A DNA stretch of 63,953 bases, counting the filler, from Octopus bimaculoides (Eukaryota): NCBI RefSeq assembly GCF_001194135.2. It is 7 parts of 6 records of this genome, joined end to end, with 100 filler letters (N's around TTAATTAATTAA, not from the genome) between each part and the next. Parts side by side here need not be neighbours in the genome. Positions count along the whole stretch, not along the records: positions 61,324 to 63,953 come from NC_068996.1; 6 more parts are not named here. One strand, given 5' to 3'. The first letter of the stretch is position 1, and each line of letters begins with the position of its first letter. A model generated the notes under the pieces. That model was given only the letters and a program-made list of their open reading frames with translations. It did not search any database and was not told the DNA's origin. Positions 63,624 to 63,953 of the stretch are shown piece after piece. The position numbers and the translations under genes were made by a program.

Positions 63624-63953
63624 TCTGTATTATATCAAAGTCTGGCTGGTCTTCTGTTTTCGTTGTTCTTTTATTTAATTTGATTTTAGTTTATTGCAAT
63701 TTTAGTTTTTAATTTATTTTTCAAATGATAATAGATAATAGTAATATTATATCATAATAATAATAGATAATAAGATAATAATAAAAATATTTTCTGTTAT
63801 TTTTTTCTGATAATGTGTATAATATATATCAGGCTGAGTAAAAAGTAAGCAACGTTTTGCAACATGAAATTCATCACAATATATTCCAACAATGCTGAAA
63901 TTTTATTCGTCAAAGTACCAATACGATCAACACATTTTTACCAACGAGTTACA
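63624..63953. repeat. Near-identical second copy of 61324-61640
   Basis: Differs by two short AT-rich insertions (13 bp in total). The first copy starts exactly at a contig edge. Confidence 0.85.

Overview
AT-rich, gap-riddled eukaryotic scaffold made almost entirely of microsatellites and transposable-element debris. The repeat repertoire (several tRNA-derived SINE families, RTE, R4/Dong, Tx1/L1, CR1-like and Penelope-like retroelements, CsRn1-like Gypsy, mariner/Tc1, MITEs, a Helitron) is what I associate with an Octopus genome; this is an inference, not a database result. No intact multi-exon gene is visible. The only good host-gene candidate is a + strand terminal exon (23467-23789) behind a T57 tract, ending in a class I PDZ-type motif (ESSV*). 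The most interesting structure is a 400-bp foldback (22932-23331) with 184-bp arms that match perfectly by eye. Its centre folds into a type I hammerhead ribozyme with a variant core (CCGACGA). It lies about 135 bp upstream of that exon's acceptor, and its left arm is antisense to half of the ribozyme. A second, canonical minimal hammerhead lies in an inverted Penelope pLTR at 20085-20130. Most ORFs in the supplied track are microsatellite or N-gap artefacts. Six 100-bp gaps contain a synthetic TTAATTAATTAA spacer, so contiguity across them is uncertain. All alignments, folds and counts were done by eye, and degraded-element boundaries are approximate.
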